Source: Armatimonadota bacterium
Lineage (GTDB): Bacteria; Armatimonadota; UBA10988
DNA: 64,000 nt
NCBI GenBank assembly: GCA_016235455.1
Contig: JACRKZ010000032.1
Location: 1 to 64,000 of the forward strand
Reading direction: 5' to 3'
Shown here: positions 19,691 through 28,816 of the stretch, piece by piece
Position numbering within the stretch: the first letter of the stretch is position 1
Layout: each line of letters starts with the position of its first letter
Made by a program: the position numbers and the translations under genes
Notes under the pieces: model-generated
Told to the model about the DNA's origin: nothing
Database searches by the model: none
The model's input: only the letters and a program-made list of their open reading frames with translations

Positions 19691-20653
19691 ATGTCAGACA
19701 CACCGCGCCGGCCCGAATGGCTGAAGATGCCCTACCCCGACGGCAGCAACTTCCGCGACCTCAAGGGGCTCGTCGGCGACCAGAAGCTGCATACCGTGTG
19801 TGAATCGGCCCGCTGCCCCAACATCGGCGAGTGCTGGAACCATCGCACGGCCACCTTCATGCTGCTGGGCGATGTGTGCACACGCAGTTGCGGCTTCTGC
19901 AACATCGCCACCGGCCGGCCGGGACCCGTGGACGAAGGCGAGCCCGAGCGCGTGGCCGAGGCCGTGGCCTATCTGGGCCTGCGCTATGCCGTGCTGACGT
20001 CGGTCAACCGCGACGAGCTGCCCGATGGCGGCGCCGGCATCTATGCGCGCACGCTGACCGCCATCCACCGCGTGCTGCCCACCTGCCAGGTGGAAGTGCT
20101 CATCCCCGACTTCCGCGGCGACGAGCCCGCGCTGCACACCGTGCTCGACGCCGACCCCTGCGTGCTCAACCACAACGTCGAGACGGTGCCACGTCTCTAC
20201 TCGTACGTGCATCCGCAGGCCAAGTACGACCGCGACCTGACGCTGTTCCGCCGCAGCCGCGCCTACCGGCCCGACATCCCCGTCAAGACCGGGCTCATGG
20301 TCGGCCATGGCGAGACCTTCGAGGAGTGCGTGTCGCTCATGGCGGACCTGCTGGCGGCCGGCGTGAGCACCATGACCATCGGTCAGTACCTGCGGCCGAC
20401 GCCCAAGCACCTGCCCATCGTGCGCTACTGGTCGCCCGCCGAGTTCGCCGACCTGCGGCGCGCCGGGCTCGACCTGGGCTTCGCGCACATCGAGGCCGGG
20501 CCGCTGGTGCGCAGCAGCTACCATGCCGCCGAGCAAGAGGCGGCCGCTTCGGGCAAGGAGTTTGGGCCGGTGACCAGCGAGCAGCCGACGCGCGCACCGG
20601 GCGAGGCAGGCCGGCGGGGGCTGGCGGTGCGGCCGGCTCCCGCGGACCGCTGA
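19691..20653 (+). CDS. lipA: Lipoyl synthase
   Basis: RPEWLK, CESARCPNIGECW (Cx4Cx5C), CTRSCGFC radical SAM motif, NHNVETV, GPLVRSSY. Confidence 0.97.
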   Translation: MSDTPRRPEWLKMPYPDGSNFRDLKGLVGDQKLHTVCESARCPNIGECWNHRTATFMLLGDVCTRSCGFCNIATGRPGPVDEGEPERVAEAVAYLGLRYAVLTSVNRDELPDGGAGIYARTLTAIHRVLPTCQVEVLIPDFRGDEPALHTVLDADPCVLNHNVETVPRLYSYVHPQAKYDRDLTLFRRSRAYRPDIPVKTGLMVGHGETFEECVSLMADLLAAGVSTMTIGQYLRPTPKHLPIVRYWSPAEFADLRRAGLDLGFAHIEAGPLVRSSYHAAEQEAAASGKEFGPVTSEQPTRAPGEAGRRGLAVRPAPADR

Positions 20654-20686
20654 GCGACCCGTCGCCGAGCCTGGTCGCGTTGAGGG

Positions 20687-22285
20687 TCAGCCACCATCGT
20701 CGACGGCGCGCGTTGCTGGCTGCTGAGCAGCGCCCGGTGCGCTGCGTCCCTGGACCTTGCTGAGTTCGAGTAGCGCCTTCAGTTCGCGCACGATCTCAGG
20801 GCGCTCAAAGTAGAGATTGACCCTCTCCCCCGGATCGGTTACCAGGTTGTACAGCTGGCCCGGCGCATCGGGGGCGGTATCCGGCAGAGCGAAGGGCTTC
20901 ATCTCCGCGCCATCGTAGTTGTTTCCGCCCGAGCCGCGGTGATCCAGGTACTTCCAAGGCCCTCTGCGGATGGCGAGCGCCAGGCTCATGGTCTCGTGCA
21001 AGGTGTAGGGCCGAGGCTCCGCGCCGTTGGCCCGGCCGAGCATCACGGGCAGAAGGTCGAAGCTATCCTCGGCGGCGTTGGCCGGCAACTCCGCGCCGGT
21101 GATGGCCGCGCACGACGCCATGATATCCGTGAGGCAGGCTACCTGGTCGCTGCTGCTGCCGGCGGCGATCCGCCCCGGCCAGCGCACGATGAAGGGCACG
21201 CGATGGCCGCCTTCCCACTGGTCGCGCTTCACACCGCGCCAGGGCCGCGCGCCGTCATGACCGTAGTCCGCGCGCATGTGTACGACGCTTGTGGTTTCTG
21301 GCCCGTTGTCGCTGGAGAACATCACCAAGGTGTTGTCGGCCAGGCCAAGCTCATCCAGCGACCGCATCAGTTCGCCGACAATGAAGTCGAGTTCATGGAT
21401 GAAGTCGCCATGCGGACCGGCCTTCGTACTCCCTTGGAACTGCTTCGCCGCGAACGAGGGCAGATGCACCGCGCTCATCGAGTGCAGCAGGAAGAACGGC
21501 TTGTCAGGCTGGGTCTGCGCGTGCTTCTCCAGGAACTCGCGGCTCTTCCTGAGGAACACCATGTCCAGTTCCTCAAGGTCGTAGTCCGGGGCAATCAGGC
21601 CCGCGCGGTTGTCGAAGGCATATGGATGCTTGGGCAGCTTCGACTTGTCGAGCAGCCCCGTCGGCGGCACGGGTATGCGATCGCCGTCGATGAAGGCATA
21701 GAGGTAGTCGGTGGCCGGGCAGCACGCAGTGCCGAAGAACTGGTCGAAGCCGCGGTGGATCGGCGCGTCGGGAATGGGTCGCGAGTAATCGATCTGCTTC
21801 ACGCCATCGACGCCACCCTTGGTGATGCGCTGGCCGTCCTTGTCCAGGAAGCTCAGCCCGACGTGCCACTTGCCCGTCATGGCCGTGGCGTAGCCCTGCT
21901 GGCGGAGCATCTGCGGCAGCGTCAGCCGATCCGCCTCGATGAGACAGGGACCACCCACGCCTTCGAAAACACTGCGGTAGGGGATGCGGAAGGCCATGCG
22001 CCCGGTGAGCAGGCTGTAGCGGCTGGGCGTACAGACCGCGGCGGGAGCATGCGCGTCGGTAAAGCGCATCCCTGCGCGGGCCAGCCGATCCAGGTTCGGC
22101 GTGGGCACCTTGGATTGCGCGTTGTAGCAGCCGACATCGCCGTAGCCCAGGTCGTCCGCGAGGATGAACAGGATGTTGGGCTTCTTGGGCGGCGCGGCCT
22201 CGGCCCGGGCCGTGCCCAGCGACGCCATGGGCAGCGCGGCGAGGAGCGCGAGGGTCCGCTTGAGGCCTGGTTTCTTGCGTGCCAT
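20687..22285 (-). CDS. Arylsulfatase (S1 family, formylglycine-dependent)
   Basis: PNILFILADDLGYGD, CTPSRYSLLTG, GKWH, SSDNG, WEGGHRVP. Confidence 0.95.
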   Translation of the reverse strand: MARKKPGLKRTLALLAALPMASLGTARAEAAPPKKPNILFILADDLGYGDVGCYNAQSKVPTPNLDRLARAGMRFTDAHAPAAVCTPSRYSLLTGRMAFRIPYRSVFEGVGGPCLIEADRLTLPQMLRQQGYATAMTGKWHVGLSFLDKDGQRITKGGVDGVKQIDYSRPIPDAPIHRGFDQFFGTACCPATDYLYAFIDGDRIPVPPTGLLDKSKLPKHPYAFDNRAGLIAPDYDLEELDMVFLRKSREFLEKHAQTQPDKPFFLLHSMSAVHLPSFAAKQFQGSTKAGPHGDFIHELDFIVGELMRSLDELGLADNTLVMFSSDNGPETTSVVHMRADYGHDGARPWRGVKRDQWEGGHRVPFIVRWPGRIAAGSSSDQVACLTDIMASCAAITGAELPANAAEDSFDLLPVMLGRANGAEPRPYTLHETMSLALAIRRGPWKYLDHRGSGGNNYDGAEMKPFALPDTAPDAPGQLYNLVTDPGERVNLYFERPEIVRELKALLELSKVQGRSAPGAAQQPATRAVDDGG

Positions 22286-22510
22286 ACCATCCGTCCTTCG
22301 ACTGCTCGGGGGCTCGTCCGGCGGCCCTGCCCACAGATGCTACCACCAGTGTCAAACGGTTGCTCCGCGCCGGCGGCGGCGAGGCAGATCGTGTGGCCGA
22401 CGGCCCGAGCGCCGGGGTCGGCTTCTTGGCCGAACGGCTGCATCGCACTACACTGTGGAACATGGTGTCGCACCTGGAGCCGAAGATGGTTCGTCGTTGG
22501 TGGTGGTTGA

Positions 22511-24355
22511 ATGGCAACCGCGCAGCCCAAGTCGCCCGTGAGTTGGACCGCAACGCTCGAGCCCACGCCGGCCCGGCCCGGCGAGGTGGTCGTCCTGCGG
22601 CTCGAGGCCACCATCGGCGCACCGTGGCACATCTACGGCACCGACAAGGTCGAAGGGCCGGTGGCCACCTCGTTCGCCCTGGCCGCGGCCTCGCCGCTGA
22701 CCACCGACGGCGGGCTGCTGCAGAGCGAGCCCAAGCGCAAGCATGACGAGGCCTTTGGCGTCGAGGTGACCTACCACGAGGGCACCGTGACCCTGCGCCA
22801 GCCGCTGCGCCTGCCCCGCAGCGCACGCCCGGGCGACCTCACCGTAGCCGGCACGGTGCGCTTCCAGGCCTGCACCGACAAGAGCTGCCTGCCGCCAGCC
22901 AAGGCGCCCATCTCCGTGCCGCTGAAGGTGGAGGCGGGCGCCGTGCGCGCCGAGTACGCCAAGCCGCCGGTCGCGCCCAAGACCGTCGCGCCACCGGCGC
23001 CGACCAGGAAGCCCGCGGCGGCCACCTCGACCGAAGGCACCGCCGATGTGGCGCGACGCGCGGGCCTGTTGCGGTTCCTGCTGGTGGCCTTCCTGGCCGG
23101 GCTGGCCGCGCTGCTCACGCCGTGCGTGTTCCCCATGATCCCCATCACGGTCAGCTTCTTCACCAAGCAGGCCGGCGACAACCCGCGCAAACGCGTCTCG
23201 CTGGCGCTGTTCTATGGTGCGGGCATCATGGTCATGTACACCGGGCTGGGCCTGGTCATGGCGGCCACCATGGGCGCCACCGGCGCGCAACGCGTGGCGG
23301 CCAATCCGTTCGTCAACCTGTTCTTCGCCGCGCTGTTCATCTTCTTCTCGATCAGCCTGTTTGGCTACTTCGAGCTGCAACTGCCCTCGGGCCTGGTCAA
23401 CCGCAGCAGCCGCATGGGCTCGGCCGGCGGCTACCTGGGCGCGCTGTTCATGGGCCTGACGCTGACCCTGGCGGCGTTCACCTGCACGGTGCAGTTCGTG
23501 GGCGGCGTCCTGGTCTGGGCGGCCAACGGCGAGTGGGTGTGGCCCATCCTGGGCATGGTCAGCTTCTCCACCGCCTTCGCCGCGCCGTTCGTGCTGCTGG
23601 CGCTGTTCCCCCAGTACCTGGCCTCGATGCCGCGGTCAGGCGGCTGGCTGCACCACACCAAGGTGGTGCTGGCCTTCATTGAGGTCGGCGCGGCGCTCAA
23701 GTTCATCTCCAACGCCGACCTGGTCTGGCAGTGGAAGGTGCTCAGCCGCGAGCTGGTGCTCGGCAGTTGGTCGGCGCTGTGCTTCCTCACGGCGGTCTAC
23801 CTGTGGGGTCGACTGCGCATCGCCGACGGCGACTGCCCCGACCGTGTCAGCCGCGGGAGGCGCACGCTGGCCGGGGTATTCGCGCTGCTCTGCGTCTATC
23901 TGGCCTGGGGCCTGACCGGCGCGCGCCTGCAATCCACCGCCGAGGCGCTGCTGCCGCCGGCGGGCTACGGCCGCGGCGCCCAGGCCGCCGAGACCGCCTG
24001 GACCACCGACTACGACGTCGGCCTGGCCAAGGCCCGCGAGAGCGGCCAGGTGGCGCTGGTGGACTACACCGGTGTGACCTGCACCAACTGCCGCTGGATG
24101 GAGCAGAACATGTTCCCCAAGCCGGCCGTGGCGCAGCGACTGGCCAAGATGACGCTGATCCGGCTCTACACCGACCAGGGCGACCGGGCCGAGCAGTACC
24201 GCGACATGCAGGTGGCCAACTACAAGACCATCTCGCTACCGTTCTATGCGGTCGTCGCGCCTGACGGCACGACACTGGCCACCTTCGACGGCATGACCCG
24301 GGACGAGGCGGCGTTTGTCGCGTTCCTGGACAAGGGTTTGGCAGGCGGCAAGTAG
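22511..24355 (+). CDS. dsbD: DsbD-family thiol:disulfide interchange protein (true start possibly 22486 via a frameshift)
   Basis: DsbD-N (WHIY, QACTDKSCLPP), TM domain (LTPCVFPMIP, FTCT), thioredoxin CTNC. Confidence 0.85.
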   Translation: MATAQPKSPVSWTATLEPTPARPGEVVVLRLEATIGAPWHIYGTDKVEGPVATSFALAAASPLTTDGGLLQSEPKRKHDEAFGVEVTYHEGTVTLRQPLRLPRSARPGDLTVAGTVRFQACTDKSCLPPAKAPISVPLKVEAGAVRAEYAKPPVAPKTVAPPAPTRKPAAATSTEGTADVARRAGLLRFLLVAFLAGLAALLTPCVFPMIPITVSFFTKQAGDNPRKRVSLALFYGAGIMVMYTGLGLVMAATMGATGAQRVAANPFVNLFFAALFIFFSISLFGYFELQLPSGLVNRSSRMGSAGGYLGALFMGLTLTLAAFTCTVQFVGGVLVWAANGEWVWPILGMVSFSTAFAAPFVLLALFPQYLASMPRSGGWLHHTKVVLAFIEVGAALKFISNADLVWQWKVLSRELVLGSWSALCFLTAVYLWGRLRIADGDCPDRVSRGRRTLAGVFALLCVYLAWGLTGARLQSTAEALLPPAGYGRGAQAAETAWTTDYDVGLAKARESGQVALVDYTGVTCTNCRWMEQNMFPKPAVAQRLAKMTLIRLYTDQGDRAEQYRDMQVANYKTISLPFYAVVAPDGTTLATFDGMTRDEAAFVAFLDKGLAGGK

Positions 24356-24490
24356 CCTACGGAAGCCGCACGCTGCTGGTAACGATGGCGCCAACCCTCA
24401 CCTAACGCGGTTTGGCCCAGCAACGGGCGAGCCCAGGCCTGCGTCGGTCGATGGCCTACACGCCGTGTAGCACGACCGCAGCGTGCGACT

Positions 24491-24529
24491 CGGAGGCGCG
24501 GAGGTGCAGGGGGCACCTCCGCGCCTCCG
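24491..24529. terminator. 17-bp perfect hairpin between convergent genes
   Basis: CGGAGGCGCGGAGGTGC-AGGGG-GCACCTCCGCGCCTCCG. Confidence 0.6.
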
Positions 24530-24535
24530 GGGGTC

Positions 24536-26248
24536 TCACCCCACCGGCACCAACTCCACCGCCGCCAGGTGCAGCGGCGCGCCGTCGGGGATGGTGACCG
24601 CTGCCAGCCGCAGGACCTGGTCCGCGCCGGCCTCCAGCGTCACGCTGCCGAGCGACGTGGCGTGCTCGGGGAAGTACTGGCTGCGCGGCGATGTCACCGG
24701 CGTCTCGGCATCGAGCGTGCCACTCACCACCTGGCCCGCCACCTCGCCGCGCACGGTCTGGCCGGTGGGCGCGGGCTTCTCCTGCCAGGGCGAACAGAGC
24801 ACCACGCGCACGTCATACTTGCCCGCCACATGGTTGCCAAAGCGCCACGACAGGCTGTCGCGCGTGTCGCGCCAGTTGCTCAACGAGCCGGTGCGCGTGG
24901 CCGCCAGGGCGCCGTCGATGTCGCTACCCACGTGTCGTTCGGCCAGGTAGCCGGGCAGCACGATGCGGCCGTCGGCACGCTGCCAGAGGGTCTCATCGAT
25001 CTCGGGCGGCCCGGTGAGCTGCAGCGCAATGACCGAAACATCGGCGTCCGGTGCGGCCTCGGGCAGGGCGAGGCGCAGCGCGTAGCGGCTGAGCCCAAAG
25101 TCGTGCGTCTCGGCGAACAGCAGGTCCTCCTCGGGCTGGGCCAGCAGCCAGGCGCGGTCAACCGGTGTCTGGAGGCCGAGGATCTCTATCTCGGGCTGCC
25201 ACTCGGTGACCAGCAAGTAGAGCCTATCGCCGCGGACCGTCACGCGACCCCACTCAAACTCCGCGGCGAACGGGCTGGCCGACGTACCGTAGATGGCGTC
25301 GCCGTTGACGTCCATCCAGCGGCCTACGGCGCGCAGTAGCTCAGTGCTCGGGCCGGGAATCTCGCCCAGCGCCGTGGGCCCGACGTTGAGCAGGTAGTTC
25401 ACGCCCTTGCTGGCCAGTTCCACAAGCAGGTGCAGCAGTTCGCGCGTCGTCTTCCAGTGGTGGTCGTCGCTGCGGTAGCCCCAGGTGTCGTTGAGCGTGG
25501 CCGGCGTCTCCCAGTCGCCCGAGACCGGGCCGAGCGGGATCTGGTTGTCGCCCAGACTGCCATAGTCGCCCACATCGTGGCCGACACGGCCGCTGACCAG
25601 GCAGTCGGGCTGCAGGCTATGCACCAGATCGCCCAGCGACTCGCTCTGCTCGCGGCTGATGACCACGGGCGTATCGAACCAGATCAGGCCGATCGGGCCG
25701 TACTGGGTCAGCAACTCGCGCACCTGCGGCTTGACCTTCTCCTCCAGGTACTGGGCGAAGCGGTCCGCCTCGACCGTCTGGCTCCACCAGGGCGTGCCGC
25801 CAGCCTCTTCCCAGTGGCCGGCGCCGCCAGGGGCGTGCCAGTCCTGGGCCTGGGAGTAGTAGAAGCACAGGCGCAGGCCGTGCCGGCGGCAGGCCTCGGC
25901 CAGCTCGGCCATCGGGTCGCGCCCGAACGGGGTGGCATCGACGATGTTGAAGGGGTTGCAGGGCGAGTGGTACATGGCGAAGCCGTCGTGGTGCTTGGCG
26001 GTGATGACCAGGTACTTCATCCCGGCCGCCGCGGCCAACGCCACCCAGGCCTCGGCGTCGAAGCGCGCGGGGTTGAACTGCCCGGCCAGCGCCTCATACT
26101 CGTCGAGTGGGATCTGGCCGTTGCGCAGCACCCACTCGCCGAGGCCGGACACCGGCTTCCCGTTCCACTGGCCCGCGGGCAGGGCGTAGAGCCCCCAGTG
26201 GATGAACATGCCAAAGCGCGATTCGCGCCACCAGGTCAAGTCGGCCAT
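24536..26248 (-). CDS. Alpha-L-fucosidase (GH29)
   Basis: RFGMFIHWGLY, ITAKHHDGF, IWFD nucleophile, TLNDTWGY, LLNVGP. Confidence 0.95.
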   Translation of the reverse strand: MADLTWWRESRFGMFIHWGLYALPAGQWNGKPVSGLGEWVLRNGQIPLDEYEALAGQFNPARFDAEAWVALAAAAGMKYLVITAKHHDGFAMYHSPCNPFNIVDATPFGRDPMAELAEACRRHGLRLCFYYSQAQDWHAPGGAGHWEEAGGTPWWSQTVEADRFAQYLEEKVKPQVRELLTQYGPIGLIWFDTPVVISREQSESLGDLVHSLQPDCLVSGRVGHDVGDYGSLGDNQIPLGPVSGDWETPATLNDTWGYRSDDHHWKTTRELLHLLVELASKGVNYLLNVGPTALGEIPGPSTELLRAVGRWMDVNGDAIYGTSASPFAAEFEWGRVTVRGDRLYLLVTEWQPEIEILGLQTPVDRAWLLAQPEEDLLFAETHDFGLSRYALRLALPEAAPDADVSVIALQLTGPPEIDETLWQRADGRIVLPGYLAERHVGSDIDGALAATRTGSLSNWRDTRDSLSWRFGNHVAGKYDVRVVLCSPWQEKPAPTGQTVRGEVAGQVVSGTLDAETPVTSPRSQYFPEHATSLGSVTLEAGADQVLRLAAVTIPDGAPLHLAAVELVPVG

Positions 26249-26252
26249 CGGA

Positions 26253-28709
26253 CTACCTTTCCACTCGCCAGCGCCGGGGCGGATCCACCGGCTGCGCCTG
26301 GCCCAGGCCGGCCAGGTTGAGCCCGCGCAGCTTGAGGTGGCCACCGAGCACCTGCAGTTCGAGATCGATGCCGGTCTCGTCCGGCGCCTGCCGCAGCGTG
26401 CCCCAGGACTCGCCGGTGGACCAGAACCAGCGCACCGGCTTCTCGGCCGGGGCGAAGATCATCTGGCCGGTGACCGCCGACCAATGGAAGCCGGTCAGCG
26501 CCAGAACCGCGCCCCACGAGGCCATGGCGCGCGCGTAATGGTGGCCGCACTCCGCCTCATCGAACGGGCTGCGCCGGGCGCCGTCATAGCGCGCTCGGAT
26601 GGCGCTGATGCACTCCAGCCCATGCTCGAGCTGGCCCTCAATGAGCATGTGCACCGCGGCGGCATACTCGAAGCCGGTCATCACTTCGTTGAAGTACGGG
26701 AACGGTCGCCGGGGACGGCGTCCACGCGGGTAGGTGGCCATGACCAGCGCCGATTCGTCGTTCAGGGCGAAGCTGCGCATGTGGTTGAACTGGCCAAACA
26801 GGTCGCGCTTGTAGTTGTGGCGGTAGATGGCTTCCAGTGTGGCCTTGACATGCTCCGGGTCGAGCAGCGGCCCGAGCCCGGCCAGGCTGGCCAGGTACTG
26901 CCCGACCAACTGGTCGACCAGACAGCCCGCGCCGAGTTGCAGCACGGGGTCGCTCAGGTCCTTGGCGCCCATATCTGCCTGAAGGCCGGGCGCGATAGGT
27001 CCGGTCGGCGGCACCACCTGATGCTCGTAGTACTCGCCGTTGAACAGGTTGCCATCGACCCAGGCGCTGCCCGCATCGAACAGCCGGCGGCATTCGTTGG
27101 CGAAGTCCGGCTCGCCCAGATGCCGCGCCATTTCCTCGCCGGCGCGCAGCGCGCCGAGGTACCAGGCGGCCATCTGCGGGTTCGGGCCGAAGTACTCGAC
27201 GTCCATGGTGTTGTGCTGGCAGCCTTCCATGACGCCGTCGCGATCGGCATCCCAGCCGCCCTCGATCCAGCAAAACTCGATGGCACGACGCGCCGCCGGC
27301 CACAGCCGCCTCAGCCACTCGTCATCGCCCGAGAGCTGCCATTCGCGGTACAGCTTGATGAGGCAGCCCATCTGCCCGTCGGCCGCGGCGATGCCGAACT
27401 CCTGCGCGCGGCTCAGCGGCAGGTGCACGCGGAAGCTCATCAGGCCGTTCTCGGCGGTGCAGCGGTCGAACTCAATCTCGCGCAGGCCGCGCGCCAACTC
27501 GCCGAACAGGTGCGCCGTGGCCGGCTCGTAGTTCCAGACATGCGTGCAGGTTCCGTGACAGCAGCCAGCGCGGTCGCCGCAGCCTTCCCAGGCGTACATG
27601 CAGCCATCCTCGGTGCGGAAGGTGGTCTGGCTGCGCAACGCGGTCAGGTTGCATAGCGCGGCGTCCTTGACCACGCCCGGCAGGTCGCTGTCAGCCACCG
27701 CGCCGACGAAGGCCAGCGTGTCGCGTTCGAGCACGGGCAGGTCGGCGGCCACGGCGGCGGCGGCCGACCAGGCATCGTCATGCCGCGTGGTGTACCAGTT
27801 GCCGATGCGGTTCGGGCCGTCCTCGCGCGGGGTCCAGGTCATCCGGTTGGGGAAGTGCCAGCAGAGCAGGAAGGTCACTGGCACCTCGCCGCCGGGCGGC
27901 ACCTCGACGCGCACGGCCAGCGAGGCCTGCGGGTTGGCCTGTCCGCTGGAGTCGCGCTCGTCGAGCCGGCCGTCGTCGCTCCAGTCGTCCCAGAAGTCGA
28001 GCAGCGTGTCGCCCCAGGAGAGCTGCGCCCAAGCGGTGCGCGCCGTCACCTCGCCCTCGGACGGCGTAACCAGCGCCAGGCTGCCCCACTGCTCCGCTTC
28101 GGGGTCCACGCCGGCGCTGTCACAGAACAGCCCGCGCAGGCCGTCGGCCTCGCGGTAGACGTTGCGGTTGCCCTTCGACTCGCCGGCACTGCCGTCGCGG
28201 CCGACGAAGTTCTCAAGGCCGAGACATACCGCCGCGGGCTGCGGCTGGTCGGTGGGGTTGATCAGCACATAGCGCAGCACGGCGGTGGGCAGGCCACTGC
28301 GCTCGGCATCGGTGGGGATCAACGGGTTGAAAGCCTCCAGCCGGACATTGACTGGCACGGCCGGGTCGGAGAGCAGGACCTGGCCAAAGGGATAGGCGGC
28401 CAGGAACTCGCCGGAGCGGAAGCGCGGCAGGCCATGGTTGGCCGCAGTGGCGCCCGACGCGCCCTCATAGTGCGGGCGCAGAACGCTTTCCAGCGCGCGC
28501 GAGGCGGTCGGGGTCCACAGCGAGGCAAACGCCCAGCGCGGCGCAAAACCCTTGGCCGGGCGGTTGACGATCTCCCAATCCCGCAGGTCGCCTCGGCCGC
28601 CGAGGCTGACCGTGCCCGTGCCAATGCCGCCCAGCGGCAGCGCGATGCGCTCCAGGTGATCGGCATCGTAGCGCGTCACCACCGGCCAGCGCGGATTGCC
28701 CAGAACCAT
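26253..28709 (-). CDS. GH116 beta-glucosidase / glucosylceramidase-like
   Basis: LPLGGIGTG, AWEG, CTHVWNY, AAADGQMG, HNTMD, ECGHHYARAM. Confidence 0.9.
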   Translation of the reverse strand: MVLGNPRWPVVTRYDADHLERIALPLGGIGTGTVSLGGRGDLRDWEIVNRPAKGFAPRWAFASLWTPTASRALESVLRPHYEGASGATAANHGLPRFRSGEFLAAYPFGQVLLSDPAVPVNVRLEAFNPLIPTDAERSGLPTAVLRYVLINPTDQPQPAAVCLGLENFVGRDGSAGESKGNRNVYREADGLRGLFCDSAGVDPEAEQWGSLALVTPSEGEVTARTAWAQLSWGDTLLDFWDDWSDDGRLDERDSSGQANPQASLAVRVEVPPGGEVPVTFLLCWHFPNRMTWTPREDGPNRIGNWYTTRHDDAWSAAAAVAADLPVLERDTLAFVGAVADSDLPGVVKDAALCNLTALRSQTTFRTEDGCMYAWEGCGDRAGCCHGTCTHVWNYEPATAHLFGELARGLREIEFDRCTAENGLMSFRVHLPLSRAQEFGIAAADGQMGCLIKLYREWQLSGDDEWLRRLWPAARRAIEFCWIEGGWDADRDGVMEGCQHNTMDVEYFGPNPQMAAWYLGALRAGEEMARHLGEPDFANECRRLFDAGSAWVDGNLFNGEYYEHQVVPPTGPIAPGLQADMGAKDLSDPVLQLGAGCLVDQLVGQYLASLAGLGPLLDPEHVKATLEAIYRHNYKRDLFGQFNHMRSFALNDESALVMATYPRGRRPRRPFPYFNEVMTGFEYAAAVHMLIEGQLEHGLECISAIRARYDGARRSPFDEAECGHHYARAMASWGAVLALTGFHWSAVTGQMIFAPAEKPVRWFWSTGESWGTLRQAPDETGIDLELQVLGGHLKLRGLNLAGLGQAQPVDPPRRWRVER

Positions 28710-28816
28710 GTGTGCAGACTCCCTTGAGGCCATACCATAGCCGATCCGCGGCTGCGGCGCCACGCTCTCCGTGGCGGTACCCGAGCGGATTGGCTACACT
28801 TGTCGTGGAGCCTGCC

